In this document: one piece after another, positions 42,000 to 51,794 of the stretch
Numbering within the stretch: the first letter of the stretch is position 1
Layout of the letters: the number at the start of each line of letters is the position of its first letter
Source: Bacteroidota bacterium
Lineage (GTDB): Bacteria > Bacteroidota > Bacteroidia > AKYH767-A > OLB10
DNA length: 64,000 bases
Direction: 5' to 3'
Assembly (NCBI GenBank): GCA_016713525.1
Contig: JADJOZ010000007.1
Span: forward strand, 95,033-159,032
The notes under the pieces: generated by a model
The model's database searches: none
What the model was told of the DNA's origin: nothing
The model's input: the letters and a program-made list of their open reading frames with translations, nothing else
Made by a program: the position numbers and the translations under genes

Positions 42000-42767
42000 C
42001 TACCTGGCTCCGGACTTGAAACCGGAAATTGCAGATCTCGTGTATTCTGACAATACCAGAGTGCCACTCATTTCTGCACGTTCAACCAATAAGGAATCCC
42101 AATGCTCGGTACCTTTCCAGAAAACCTGTTTAAGAGCAGCCATTGCTTCGGGACTGCTGGCTGAAAGTTTAGATGCCAGTTCATCAACAGCCTTGTCAAG
42201 TTCATCGATGGTGTTAAAAACATCCGCATATAATCCTTTTTCGCGTGCCCATGCAGCTGACTGCCATGCGGTGGCATTTATTGACAAAGAAGTGAATGCT
42301 GCCGTTCCAACTTTACGTTCTACGGCAGGTCCAACCACAAATGGTCCAATGCCAACAGCTAACTCAGAAAGTTTCACAGAAGCGCTTTCATGAGCAAGCG
42401 TATAATCTGCAGCAGAAGCTAATCCAACTCCTCCACCAACTGCTTTGCCCTGTACTCGTGCAATTACAAATTTAGGAGCCTTTCTGATAGCATTAATAAC
42501 CATGGCAAAACCGGAAAAAAATTGTCTGCCTTCATCAAAACTATTTATTGACATAAGTTCATCAAAGGATGCACCAGCACAAAATGCTTTTTCACCACCG
42601 CTTCGCAGAACAATAACATTCACCAAAGAATTATTTCCTGCATTCGTAATAGCTGTTGCAAGACCTCTTAACAATTCTCCAGGTAAAGAATTACTTTGAG
42701 GATGAAAAAAAGTAATTGTTGCAATTCCGCTATTGATAGCTGTTTGAATTGTTCCTTCGTTCAACAT
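42000..42767 (-). CDS. enoyl-CoA hydratase/isomerase family protein (PaaF/PaaG-like)
   Basis: 255 aa; crotonase fold with FCAGA...VNGFALGGG-type motifs (KAFCAGASFDEL, AVGGGVGLA). Confidence 0.7.
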   Translation of the reverse strand: MLNEGTIQTAINSGIATITFFHPQSNSLPGELLRGLATAITNAGNNSLVNVIVLRSGGEKAFCAGASFDELMSINSFDEGRQFFSGFAMVINAIRKAPKFVIARVQGKAVGGGVGLASAADYTLAHESASVKLSELAVGIGPFVVGPAVERKVGTAAFTSLSINATAWQSAAWAREKGLYADVFNTIDELDKAVDELASKLSASSPEAMAALKQVFWKGTEHWDSLLVERAEMSGTLVLSEYTRSAISGFKSGAR

Positions 42768-42797
42768 AGAAACTTAATTAAATAGTATAAAATAATT

Positions 42798-43391
42798 TTA
42801 TTTTCCCAGCACCCTTTGTTTCTCCAATAAAAATTCAGCTTCAGAAAGCAGTCCTTTTTCTTTTAAGGCTCCCAGTCGTTCCAGGTGCTGCAACTTATCT
42901 TCGAATGTTCCAAAATTTATCGCACCGGAAGATGGTTGACCGGCTTCGTTTGTTGTGTCAGATGCAGGAGCATTTTTCTTTTTTCCAATTCTTTTCAAAA
43001 AATAAAACAGTGTCACTAATAACAGAACAGCAACCAGTGAATTAAAAACGATCAATATCCGGTTACTTTGATTTAATTTCAGGTTCTCACCTTTGAAAGA
43101 ATTGATATTTGCTTCGAGTTTTTTCCTGTAATCATCTATTCTGATTACCTGATCACGAAGATCGGCACTGGTCAATTTTTCAATTTTAAAAAGTGAATCC
43201 AACTGAATGCTCCCGGCTTCTAATTGCGCAATTTTTAATTCAAGACTGTCAATTATTTTCTGAGAACTTTCCGATCGGCCCACTATATTTTTTGTCGGCT
43301 TCGCTACAGGTTTTACCTGAGCAAAGCCGTTGCCGGCTACTGACAAAATCAGCAGACAGATACCCAAATATAACCTATACATTTTCATCAT
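42798..43391 (-). CDS. membrane protein with coiled coil and C-terminal SHOCT domain
   Basis: Signal/TM at N-terminus, coiled-coil region, second TM, C-terminal LGALKEKGLLSEAEFLLEKQRVLGK. Confidence 0.45.
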   Translation of the reverse strand: MMKMYRLYLGICLLILSVAGNGFAQVKPVAKPTKNIVGRSESSQKIIDSLELKIAQLEAGSIQLDSLFKIEKLTSADLRDQVIRIDDYRKKLEANINSFKGENLKLNQSNRILIVFNSLVAVLLLVTLFYFLKRIGKKKNAPASDTTNEAGQPSSGAINFGTFEDKLQHLERLGALKEKGLLSEAEFLLEKQRVLGK

Positions 43392-43404
43392 TCCTTTCTA
43401 ATTT

Positions 43405-45449
43405 TTATATATCTTCTTTTCTTTCTACCAGGGTAAGAACTGTTTCAGTGGCAACAGTTTCTCCTTTTTGATTTTTCACTTCCACGTCCCATTCTACAAC
43501 ACCCTGCGGAATTTGTCCTTCTCTTTTTTCTTTCTTTGTTTTCCGTTTACAGGTAAGTCGCACAGAAATGGTATCTCCAACATATACAGGTTGTGTAAAT
43601 CGCAGGCTGTCTAAACCATAATTGGCAAGAACCGGTCCTTTTTTAGGATCGACAAATAATCCTGCTGCAGCAGAAATTATAAAATACCCGTGGGCAACTC
43701 TTTTTTCGAATACAGAACCTTCCAGCGATGTTTCATCTGTATGCGCATAAAAGAAATCACCGCTGATACCGGCAAAGTTTACGATATCGGCTTCGGTAAC
43801 GGTTCGGCGATGCGTAAACAAGGTATCCCCGATTTGAATTTCTTCAAAATATTTTCTGAAAGGATGAATCACATCTTCTTTTACTTCTGATCCCCTTATA
43901 AATTCTTTACAAATAGATGTAAGTGTAGTTGGAGAACCCTGCACTGCTGTGCGCTGCATATAATGTTTCACACCTCTGATTCCGCCCATTTCTTCTCCTC
44001 CACCTGCTCTTCCCGGTCCACCATGAACGAGATGTCCCAGAGGTGAACCATGCCCTGTAGATTCTGCTGCACTGGCTTCATTAACTACCATCAGACGGCC
44101 ATGCCAGGCAGCTGTTCCCATAACAATTTCGCGGGCAAAGTTATTGTCGGCTGAAAATACTGATCCAACCAAACTACCCTTACCTTTTCTGGCTAGTTCA
44201 ATGGCATCATCTGTGTTTTTGTATCCCATTATAGTACTAACCGGGCCAAATGCTTCAATGTCGTGTGGTCCGTTATTTTTTATTCCATCCTTACAATGTA
44301 GCAACATCGCCGGCATAAAAGCTCCGGTTGCTTTATCAGCACCGGTCACTTCAAAGTCATTGATATTTCCATAAGCAACTTCACAACTCTTCAACAATTC
44401 GGCTAATTTAGTTTTCACTTCAGCAACCTGTCCGTTACTTGCCAAAGGTCCCATTTTAACACCTTCAACAGCCGGATTGCCCAATTTTACAGCAGCCAGT
44501 TTCAACTTTAATTCAGAAACTACTGCATCAGTGAGATGATCGGGAACTAAAATACGACGGATGGCAGTACATTTCTGGCCTGCTTTAACTGTCATTTCTC
44601 TGGTAACCTCACGAATAAATAATCCAAATTCAGCAGAACCCGGTGTTGCTTCGGGACCGAGCATAGAAAAATTCAATGAATCGGCTTCCATATTGAAACG
44701 AACCGAATTTTCAATAATAGCTGGATGTTGTTTCAGCATTCTGCCTGTGGATGCAGAACCGGTAAATGTAACTACATCCTGAAGTGTAACGTGATCGAGA
44801 ATATCACCTGCTCCACCGCAAATTAATTGCAAGGCACCTGGTGGTAAAATTCCGAATTGATAATTTCACGAACCATCAGTTCTGTGAGGTATGAAGTTAC
44901 AGTTGCCGGTTTAATTATGGCAGGCACTCCGGCTAAAAATGTTGGAGCAATCTTCTCCAGCATCCCCCAACAGGGGAAATTATATGCATTGATATGAATG
45001 GCTACACCATGAAGTGGTACACAAATGTGATGCCCCAGGAAAGTTCCGTTTTTAGAAATTTGCTCCGGATTACCTTCCACTAAAAAAGTTTCATCCGGCA
45101 ATTCGCGGCGCCCTTTACTGGCAAATACAAACATAGTTCCGATACCTCCATCGATATCTATCCAGGAATCAATTTTTGTAGCACCGGTAGCTGCTGACAA
45201 TTCATAAAAAAGAGCTTTTTTATCATTCAGAAACATGGCCAGTTTCTTAAGCATAAGTGCACGTTCATGAAACGTCATTTTGCGCAATGCAGGACCGCCA
45301 ACATTTCTGGCATATTCAAGCATCGACTTAAAATCCACACCTTCTGAACCTGCAATTGCGATTTGTGTTCCGGTTACAGCATTAAAAAGCGGGGTTCCGT
45401 TTCCCGTTCCTGCGACCCATTCGCCGGCAACATAACTTTTTAGTTTCAT
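43405..45449 (-). CDS. paaZ: bifunctional PaaZ (aldehyde dehydrogenase plus MaoC hot-dog hydratase), with apparent 1-nt frameshift near 44846-44849
   Basis: N-terminal ALDH fragment (208 aa) and 475-aa remainder (ALDH core plus C-terminal MaoC) join as ...REIINSEF|LPPGALQLICGGAGDIL after a T4 run. Confidence 0.75.
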
Positions 45450-45546
45450 AAATATATTGTGATGATGTTACAAATATAAGACAGTTTTAATGTTACCAAA
45501 AGTCGTTCAGAGCATTGAAAACACTAAGTTTTGAACACCCTATGAC

Positions 45547-46137
45547 TCAGGCATTACTTTTCCAGGGAGCGTAACCGGAATCCTGAATTTTCAGACCTTC
45601 CGGAACAGTTCGCAATGGCTCACATGGTTCCAGTGTATTTTGAAGATCAGCAGGCAGTTGCTGATAAATTTTTGTTCCTTCACTTTTCCAGGCTATCATT
45701 TCATCTGATGCGTCCTTAATTATTTTAAAAGGATTACCAACCACAACCTTTCTTTCAGCAATGATAGCATCGGCAGGAATGAAGGTAAGTGCACCTATGA
45801 TAGTATGATCTCCGATCACTGCCCGATCCATAATTACTGCATTCATTCCTACGAGTACATTTTTGCCGATTGTGGCCCCATGAATTATGGCTCCATGACC
45901 AATGTGGGCATCCTGCATCAAGCGCACTGTAACACCCGGAAACATGTGAATGGTACAATTTTCCTGGACATTACATCCATCCTCAATTATAATCTGGCCC
46001 CAATCGCCACGAATAGCAGCACCGGGACCTATATAAACATTTTTGCCAATTATTACATTACCCGTGACGGCCGCCTGTGGGTGCACAAAGGAACTTTCAT
46101 GTACTACAGGCTGGTATCCATTAAATTTATAAATCAT
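45547..46137 (-). CDS. paaY: hexapeptide-repeat gamma-carbonic-anhydrase-like protein (PaaY-like)
   Basis: 196 aa left-handed beta-helix repeats; located inside the paa cluster. Confidence 0.6.
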   Translation of the reverse strand: MIYKFNGYQPVVHESSFVHPQAAVTGNVIIGKNVYIGPGAAIRGDWGQIIIEDGCNVQENCTIHMFPGVTVRLMQDAHIGHGAIIHGATIGKNVLVGMNAVIMDRAVIGDHTIIGALTFIPADAIIAERKVVVGNPFKIIKDASDEMIAWKSEGTKIYQQLPADLQNTLEPCEPLRTVPEGLKIQDSGYAPWKSNA

Positions 46138-46146
46138 GGCAATTAT

Positions 46147-47352
46147 TTAAACGCGTTCAATAATCATTGCATAACCCTGTCCAACGCCAATGCACATAGT
46201 ACAAAGGGCGTATCGGCCTCCGTTTTTTTGAAGTTCTCTGGCGGCTGTCAGCACGAGACGGGCACCCGACATCCCCAGTGGGTGACCAATAGCAATTGCC
46301 CCACCATTTGGATTTATGCGGGCATCATCATCTTTCAATCCCCACTCACGAATGCATGCCAGTCCCTGAGCAGCAAATGCTTCATTCAATTCAATTACTG
46401 AAATATCATTAAATGTTAATCCAGCTTTGCGAAGTGCTTCATTGGCGGCAGGAACCGGACCAATTCCCATATATTTTGGCTCCACACCAGCAACAGCTGA
46501 AGAGATTACTTTAGCAATTGGTTTCAGATGATTTTCAGCAACAGCTTTTGCTGAAGCTAGCAGGATTACTGCTGCTCCATCATTAATTCCTGAGGCATTT
46601 CCGGCAGTTACAGTTCCACCTTCCCGGAATGCCGCTTTCAGGTTTGACAGCACTTCCAGCGTAGTTCCCGGTTTCAGGTATTCATCTTTATCAACGATTA
46701 TAGGATCACCTTTTTTCTGAGGTATAATAACGGGTGTGATTTCTTCAACGAACCTGCCTGATGATTGTGCAGCTGCAGCTTTTTGCTGTGAACGAAGAGC
46801 GAAATTATCCTGATCAACTCTATTGATATTATATTTTTCGGCAACATTTTCAGCGGTTTCACCCATGCTGTCGGTTCCATACAATTTTTTCATGGCAGGA
46901 TTCACAAACCGCCATCCTATGCTGGTATCAAACACTTGCACATCTCTGGAAAAGGGAGTTGTTGCTTTAGCCATAACAAAGGGAGCACGAGTCATACTTT
47001 CAACCCCGCCAGCAAGGAAAAGATCGCCATCACCGGATTTGATATTCCTGGCAGCATTGGCTATTGCGGCCATACCGGAAGCACATAAAATATTAACAGT
47101 TTCAGCAGGAACAGATAGTGGTAAACCACTCAGTAAGCCAGCCATTCTGGCTACATTTCGGTTGTCTTCGCCGGCCTGATTTGCACATCCGAAAATTACT
47201 TCATTTATATTTTTAGGATCAACCCCTGGATTCCGTTTCAGTAATGCTGCAATTACAGTGGCAGCAAGGTCATCCGGTCTGACCTGAGCAAGTTTACCTC
47301 CAAAACTACCTACCGGAGTTCTGATTCCATCAACAATAAATGCGTTTTCCAT
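46147..47352 (-). CDS. paaJ: 3-oxoadipyl-CoA/3-oxo-5,6-dehydrosuberyl-CoA thiolase
   Basis: 401 aa thiolase with catalytic Cys (NILCASGM), NGGAIAIGHPLG, CIGVGQG. Confidence 0.8.
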   Translation of the reverse strand: MENAFIVDGIRTPVGSFGGKLAQVRPDDLAATVIAALLKRNPGVDPKNINEVIFGCANQAGEDNRNVARMAGLLSGLPLSVPAETVNILCASGMAAIANAARNIKSGDGDLFLAGGVESMTRAPFVMAKATTPFSRDVQVFDTSIGWRFVNPAMKKLYGTDSMGETAENVAEKYNINRVDQDNFALRSQQKAAAAQSSGRFVEEITPVIIPQKKGDPIIVDKDEYLKPGTTLEVLSNLKAAFREGGTVTAGNASGINDGAAVILLASAKAVAENHLKPIAKVISSAVAGVEPKYMGIGPVPAANEALRKAGLTFNDISVIELNEAFAAQGLACIREWGLKDDDARINPNGGAIAIGHPLGMSGARLVLTAARELQKNGGRYALCTMCIGVGQGYAMIIERV

Positions 47353-47382
47353 TAGCTGTTATTAAAGGCACGAAGGTAAGAA

Positions 47383-47814
47383 TCATTCCTCGTCGGGGAA
47401 CCATTTTTCACTTTTCCGGAACACAATTCCTTTAAAAACTGCTACGGGTTTTTCGTCCTGATTTGTTACCGAAATATTATAAATTCCAGTGCGGTTGGTT
47501 ATGTTTACCTCTTTAGCAATCGCATAAAGAAGATCGTTTTCTCTGACTGGAGCCAGAAAAGAAATGTTTGCATCCAGAACAAGACTTTTCTTATTCCTTG
47601 AATTCGCAGCAAATGCTAAAGCACTGTCTGCCAACGCAAAAGCAATTCCACCATGGGCTATTCCGAATCCGTTAAGCATGTCTTTTTTTACCACCATTCT
47701 TAGTTTGCATGTACCTTCAGCAACTTCTAATACTTCGATACCAAGCCATTGACTGAAGAAATCATTATTCATCATTTCCTGCACAACAGATTTCGGAATT
47801 GTTAACTTTTTCAA
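47383..47814 (-). CDS. paaI: hydroxyphenylacetyl-CoA thioesterase PaaI (hot-dog fold)
   Basis: 143 aa; PaaI/YbgC-type hot-dog; conserved HGG(I/V)..ALAD motif. Confidence 0.7.
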   Translation of the reverse strand: MKKLTIPKSVVQEMMNNDFFSQWLGIEVLEVAEGTCKLRMVVKKDMLNGFGIAHGGIAFALADSALAFAANSRNKKSLVLDANISFLAPVRENDLLYAIAKEVNITNRTGIYNISVTNQDEKPVAVFKGIVFRKSEKWFPDEE

Positions 47815-48064
47815 AATATTTTAGTTTTTTTTTTGTTTTTGTAAAAATAAGTATAATTTTGTCGTCACATAATCATTGGCATACCCCCCCTTTGCCATTC
47901 AGGAAATCACCAAACTAGCCGGTGCATCCTAAGTGTTTATGTAGGTTCAATACATTATAGTTATTTATTAAATCGTTGATTATTAAGCTATTGCAGCGAT
48001 ATACTTGTGCTGCTGTACTTATTTCGACGCCCTTATAAAACACACAACCTAAAAAACTAAGCTT

Positions 48065-49384
48065 ATGGTACTGCAGGACGCGAAGAGCAAGCATGAACAG
48101 ATTATGGAGATTACAAATCAGAATGTAATCACTTCCAAAGAGTTAGGAATAATTCACCTATCTGACGAGAACGAATTATTGGATGGCCGGCATATCAGAA
48201 TCAGAGGAAAAGAAACGATCAATTTCGGAACGTGCGGATACATGGGACTTGAAATGGATGATCGTTTGAAGGCAGGAGTTATTGATGCCGTCCAGAAGTA
48301 CGGAACTGCATTTGCTTCTACCCGTGTTTATGTGAATGTGAAGCTTTACGCAGAAATGGAAGAGCTTTTGAGAAAAATGTTCAACAAGCCTGTGATGTTG
48401 CTAGCAAATGTTACCCTTTCACATGTTTCCAATATTCCAATTTTAGTTAACGATAATGATGCTGTTATATTAGATACTCAGGTTCATGACAGCGTTCAAA
48501 CAGCAGTTCAATTATTAAAGGCACGTAATGTAAGAATTGAGGTTATCCGCCATAACAGAATGGATCATCTTGAAGAGAAAATAAATGAACTTAAAGGACA
48601 GTACAAGAAAATCTGGTACATGGCCGATGGAGTTTATTCCATGTTCGGCGATTGTGCTCCAATGACTGATATCTACTCATTACTTGATAAGTACGAACAA
48701 TTCAATCTGTATATTGATGATACACATGGTATGAGTTGGACGGGACCAAATGGTACCGGATATGTAATGAGTGCCGTTCCATATTTCCATGACAAGATGA
48801 TTTTGGTTACATCTTTGAACAAGGCATTTGGTGCAGCAGGCGGAATAACCGTATTCCCTAACGAAAAAATACACGAATTTGCCAGAAACTGCAGTAAGCC
48901 ATTCATTTTCTCAGGACCAATTCAACCTCCAATGCTGGGTGCATGTATTGCTTCGGCAAAAATTCACCTTACTCCTGAAATTACAACTATGCAAAAGCAG
49001 TTGAATGACAGAGTAAACTATGTAAATAGCCTTTGTAAAGAATATGAATTGCCTTTAATGTGGGAAAACAATACACCTATATTCTTTATCGGCGTATCTA
49101 AACCTATGGTTGCCTTTAGCATGGTTAAGCGATTGATGAACAGAGGATTCCTGTTTAATCTTTCTGTATTCCCAAGTGTTGCTATTAATAATGCGGGACT
49201 CAGATTGCCGATCAGCAGAAATCATACTTTCGAAGATCTGAAAGGACTTATTTCAAACATAGCTGAAGAACTCCCTGATGCATTCAAGGAATCAAACATT
49301 ACTGCGAAAGAAGTCTATCGTGCATTCAAAAAGCCTTACCCATATCAGAAAAAACAGCCTGATATAAGATTTGAACTTCCATAA
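48065..49384 (+). CDS. alpha-oxoamine synthase family PLP-dependent acyltransferase (AONS/serine palmitoyltransferase-like)
   Basis: 439 aa; class I/II aminotransferase fold with PLP lysine in TSLNKAFGAAGG. Confidence 0.65.
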   Translation: MVLQDAKSKHEQIMEITNQNVITSKELGIIHLSDENELLDGRHIRIRGKETINFGTCGYMGLEMDDRLKAGVIDAVQKYGTAFASTRVYVNVKLYAEMEELLRKMFNKPVMLLANVTLSHVSNIPILVNDNDAVILDTQVHDSVQTAVQLLKARNVRIEVIRHNRMDHLEEKINELKGQYKKIWYMADGVYSMFGDCAPMTDIYSLLDKYEQFNLYIDDTHGMSWTGPNGTGYVMSAVPYFHDKMILVTSLNKAFGAAGGITVFPNEKIHEFARNCSKPFIFSGPIQPPMLGACIASAKIHLTPEITTMQKQLNDRVNYVNSLCKEYELPLMWENNTPIFFIGVSKPMVAFSMVKRLMNRGFLFNLSVFPSVAINNAGLRLPISRNHTFEDLKGLISNIAEELPDAFKESNITAKEVYRAFKKPYPYQKKQPDIRFELP

Positions 49385-49412
49385 AAAAACCGCCTTAAGG
49401 GCGGTTTTTTTA
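49383..49412. terminator. bidirectional rho-independent terminator
   Basis: A7-CCGCC-TTAAG-GGCGG-T7 between the convergent genes at 49384 and 49410. Confidence 0.7.
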
Positions 49413-49838
49413 TGGAAGTTCGGTCAAGCTCCAGAAGCCATTTAGTACCGAGACGGCATCTACGTAGCTTTCCAGACTTAAAGGTTTAACAATATAACCG
49501 GCAACATTCTGACCATATGCCTCAATGCGATCGCGGTCATCATTAGATGTTGACATTACATACACCGAAATAGGTTTCAACTCTTCATCGGCACGTAATT
49601 CTTTTAAGAATTCGTGTCCGTTCATTTGAGGCATGTTTAAGTCAAGTAAAATGATACTTGGACGAGGTGTAATCTTTTCAAAACCATTGGTTCCCCGCAA
49701 CATATCCAATGCCATAAGTCCATTCTTTGCCTGATACAATTTGTAATTCAAATCGGTCTTTTTCAGGGCCCTTTGCATGACCATGGCGTCCACTTCGTCA
49801 TCCTCAACATGGAGGATATTTACCGTCTTCGTTGACAT
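49410..49838 (-). CDS. single-domain response regulator (CheY-like receiver)
   Basis: 142 aa; DD...D phospho-acceptor (ILLDLNMP), T/S and K motifs. Confidence 0.75.
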   Translation of the reverse strand: MSTKTVNILHVEDDEVDAMVMQRALKKTDLNYKLYQAKNGLMALDMLRGTNGFEKITPRPSIILLDLNMPQMNGHEFLKELRADEELKPISVYVMSTSNDDRDRIEAYGQNVAGYIVKPLSLESYVDAVSVLNGFWSLTELP

Positions 49839-49855
49839 AATTTCGCTTCAGTATT

Positions 49856-49868
49856 TGTGTGTGTGTGT
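49856..49868. repeat. (GT)6 dinucleotide microsatellite in the divergent promoter region between the receiver and sensor kinase genes
   Basis: tttgtgtgtgtgtgtttt. Confidence 0.4.
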
Positions 49869-50026
49869 TTTAATAAATTAAAGATAGCAAAAATCCTTTT
49901 ATCGTTTAAACTTATACGCATCCATTTTAAAAAGTTTTAAACCACTAATTGTTTATTGTACAGGGAAAACCCTTGGTTAATAACATTTTGATGTAACCCA
50001 ACCATATACCTGACGTTAAATGCCTT

Positions 50027-51750
50027 ATGTTTGGGAAGCTTATAAGAAAAATCAGAAAAGTCCTTTCCTGGGGTATTTACAAAAGTATTCCGGAAGACGA
50101 TCTACTTGAAAGACAACGATATAAGTTGTTTTTTACATTTTCAATTACCTGTTTTCTGCTTTGTTTTGCGGAGTCGTTTCATGCGATGTCGTTTGACACC
50201 GGAAACAACATATTAGGTGCTGGTTTACAGACATTTGCAGCCATATTTTTAGTTAATTACACCTGGTTGCAGCGCCACAAACAACTTCGCATTTCGTACA
50301 TGGTTTGTTTGGCAACTGCATTTGCATGTGTACACTTGTTCAACTACTATTATGGTGGAATCAGAAATGCAGGGAACTTTTACTACCTGTTCATGATTAT
50401 TGCCACTGTTATTTTATTAGGCAACAAACAAGGTTGGATCATGTTGGGCCTATCGGTCATCAACATGGTTTACTTCTATTTTATTAGTGACAATCCGGAA
50501 TTGGTAAGTAATGTATTAGCTGCAAACCCTTCCGACTTAAATCAGGATTTCCTTTTCTCAACAGTGATGGCTGTGATTGCAATTGCAGCATTGAGCAACA
50601 GTTTGGGAAGCTCTAAGAATATTGTCATCGAAAAAATAAGAGAATCGCAGGAAATTCTGGCTATTAAAAATAAGGAATTGCAAAAGCTATCATTAGTTGC
50701 AAGCAAAACCGATTCGGCAGTTATTATAACGAACAGCAATTTTGAAATAAACTGGGTTAATGATGCATTCCAAAGATTGAGTGGATACGAGCTTTCAGAA
50801 ATAGCCGGTAAATCATCACAAGACTTATTGCATGGTACAGCTACTGATTTTGCAACAATTCAATTTATGCATCAGCGATTGAATGCTAAAGAAACTTTTG
50901 TTGGTGAACTCGAGCAATATCATAAAAACGGATCCACTTTCTGGAGCCAGGTTTCAATAACTCCAATTGTAGACCCTGCTGGTGAAATTGTAGAATTTAT
51001 TACCCTTCAGGATGATATCACCGAAAGGAAAATTGCAGAAAATAAAATCAGAGATTATCTGAAAGATCTTGAAAAACAAACAAAGAACTGGATGAATTTG
51101 CATATGTGGTTTCACATGATCTGAAGGCTCCTTTGCATGCAATTTCAAATCTTACCGGATGGATTGAAGAGGACATGAAAGGCAAGTTTTCGGATGAAAC
51201 CAGCTCCAACTTTAACATCATCAAAAGTCGTGTTGCAAGAATGGAAGATCTGATTAACGGACTGTTGGAATTTGCAAGGGCCAATCATAAAAAGGAGAAA
51301 AAGCGATAGTTGATTTAAATGAATTTATAAATGAAGTCATTGAGTTTTGTTGGCAGTACCTCGAATTGCTCTATAGCAATTCATGGTAAACTTCCTGTGC
51401 TGTTCGGTGACAAAATAAAATTCCAGCAAATATTTGCCAATCTTATTGGCAATGCCATTAAATATAACGACAAACCAGAAATCAATATTCAGATCTCAGC
51501 TGAAGAAAAAGAACACGACTGGTTAATCGTTGTGAAAGATAATGGCCCGGGTATTGATTCCCGTTTTTACGAGAAAATATTTGTGATTTTCCAGACATTA
51601 AACCCACGTGATACAGTTGAAAGTACCGGTGTTGGCTTGGCTATTGTTAAGAAAATAATTGAAGAAGAAGGTGGAGAAATCTGGGTTGAATCAGAACTGA
51701 AGAAAGGTTCAGAATTCAAATTCACCTGGCCAAAAGTAGCAAAAACCTGA
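50027..51750 (+). CDS. membrane sensor histidine kinase 1 (multi-TM sensor, PAS, HisKA, HATPase_c), broken by three 1-nt frameshifts
   Basis: Three ORFs (50027-51124, 51106-51309, 51331-51750) rejoin as ...KQTK|ELDEFAYVVSHDLKAPL..., ...ANHKK|GEKAIVDLNEFINEVIEF|VGSTSNCSIAIHGKLPV... at homopolymers 51082-51084, 51288-51292 and 51345-51348; N, G1 and G2 boxes present. Confidence 0.65.
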
Positions 51751-51794
51751 AGCTTATCAATTTAACGGTGCAATGACTTACTACCAATAAAATT

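Noticed and set aside
47870-47905. TGGCATACCCCCCCTTTGCCA, resembling a sigma-54 -24/-12 element or a TGGCA inverted repeat, in the paaI / AONS-like divergent promoter region
   Set aside because: GG to GC spacing is 14 nt, not the 10 nt required for a sigma-54 promoter. It is only a 5-bp inverted repeat.
51762-51776. Exact 15-mer AATTTAACGGTGCAA present in two intergenic regions (51762-51776 upstream of sensor kinase 2, and 57523-57537 between paaA and paaB)
   Set aside because: In an AT-rich 64-kb window several 15-mer coincidences are expected by chance across both strands. There are no flanking similarity or palindromic features.
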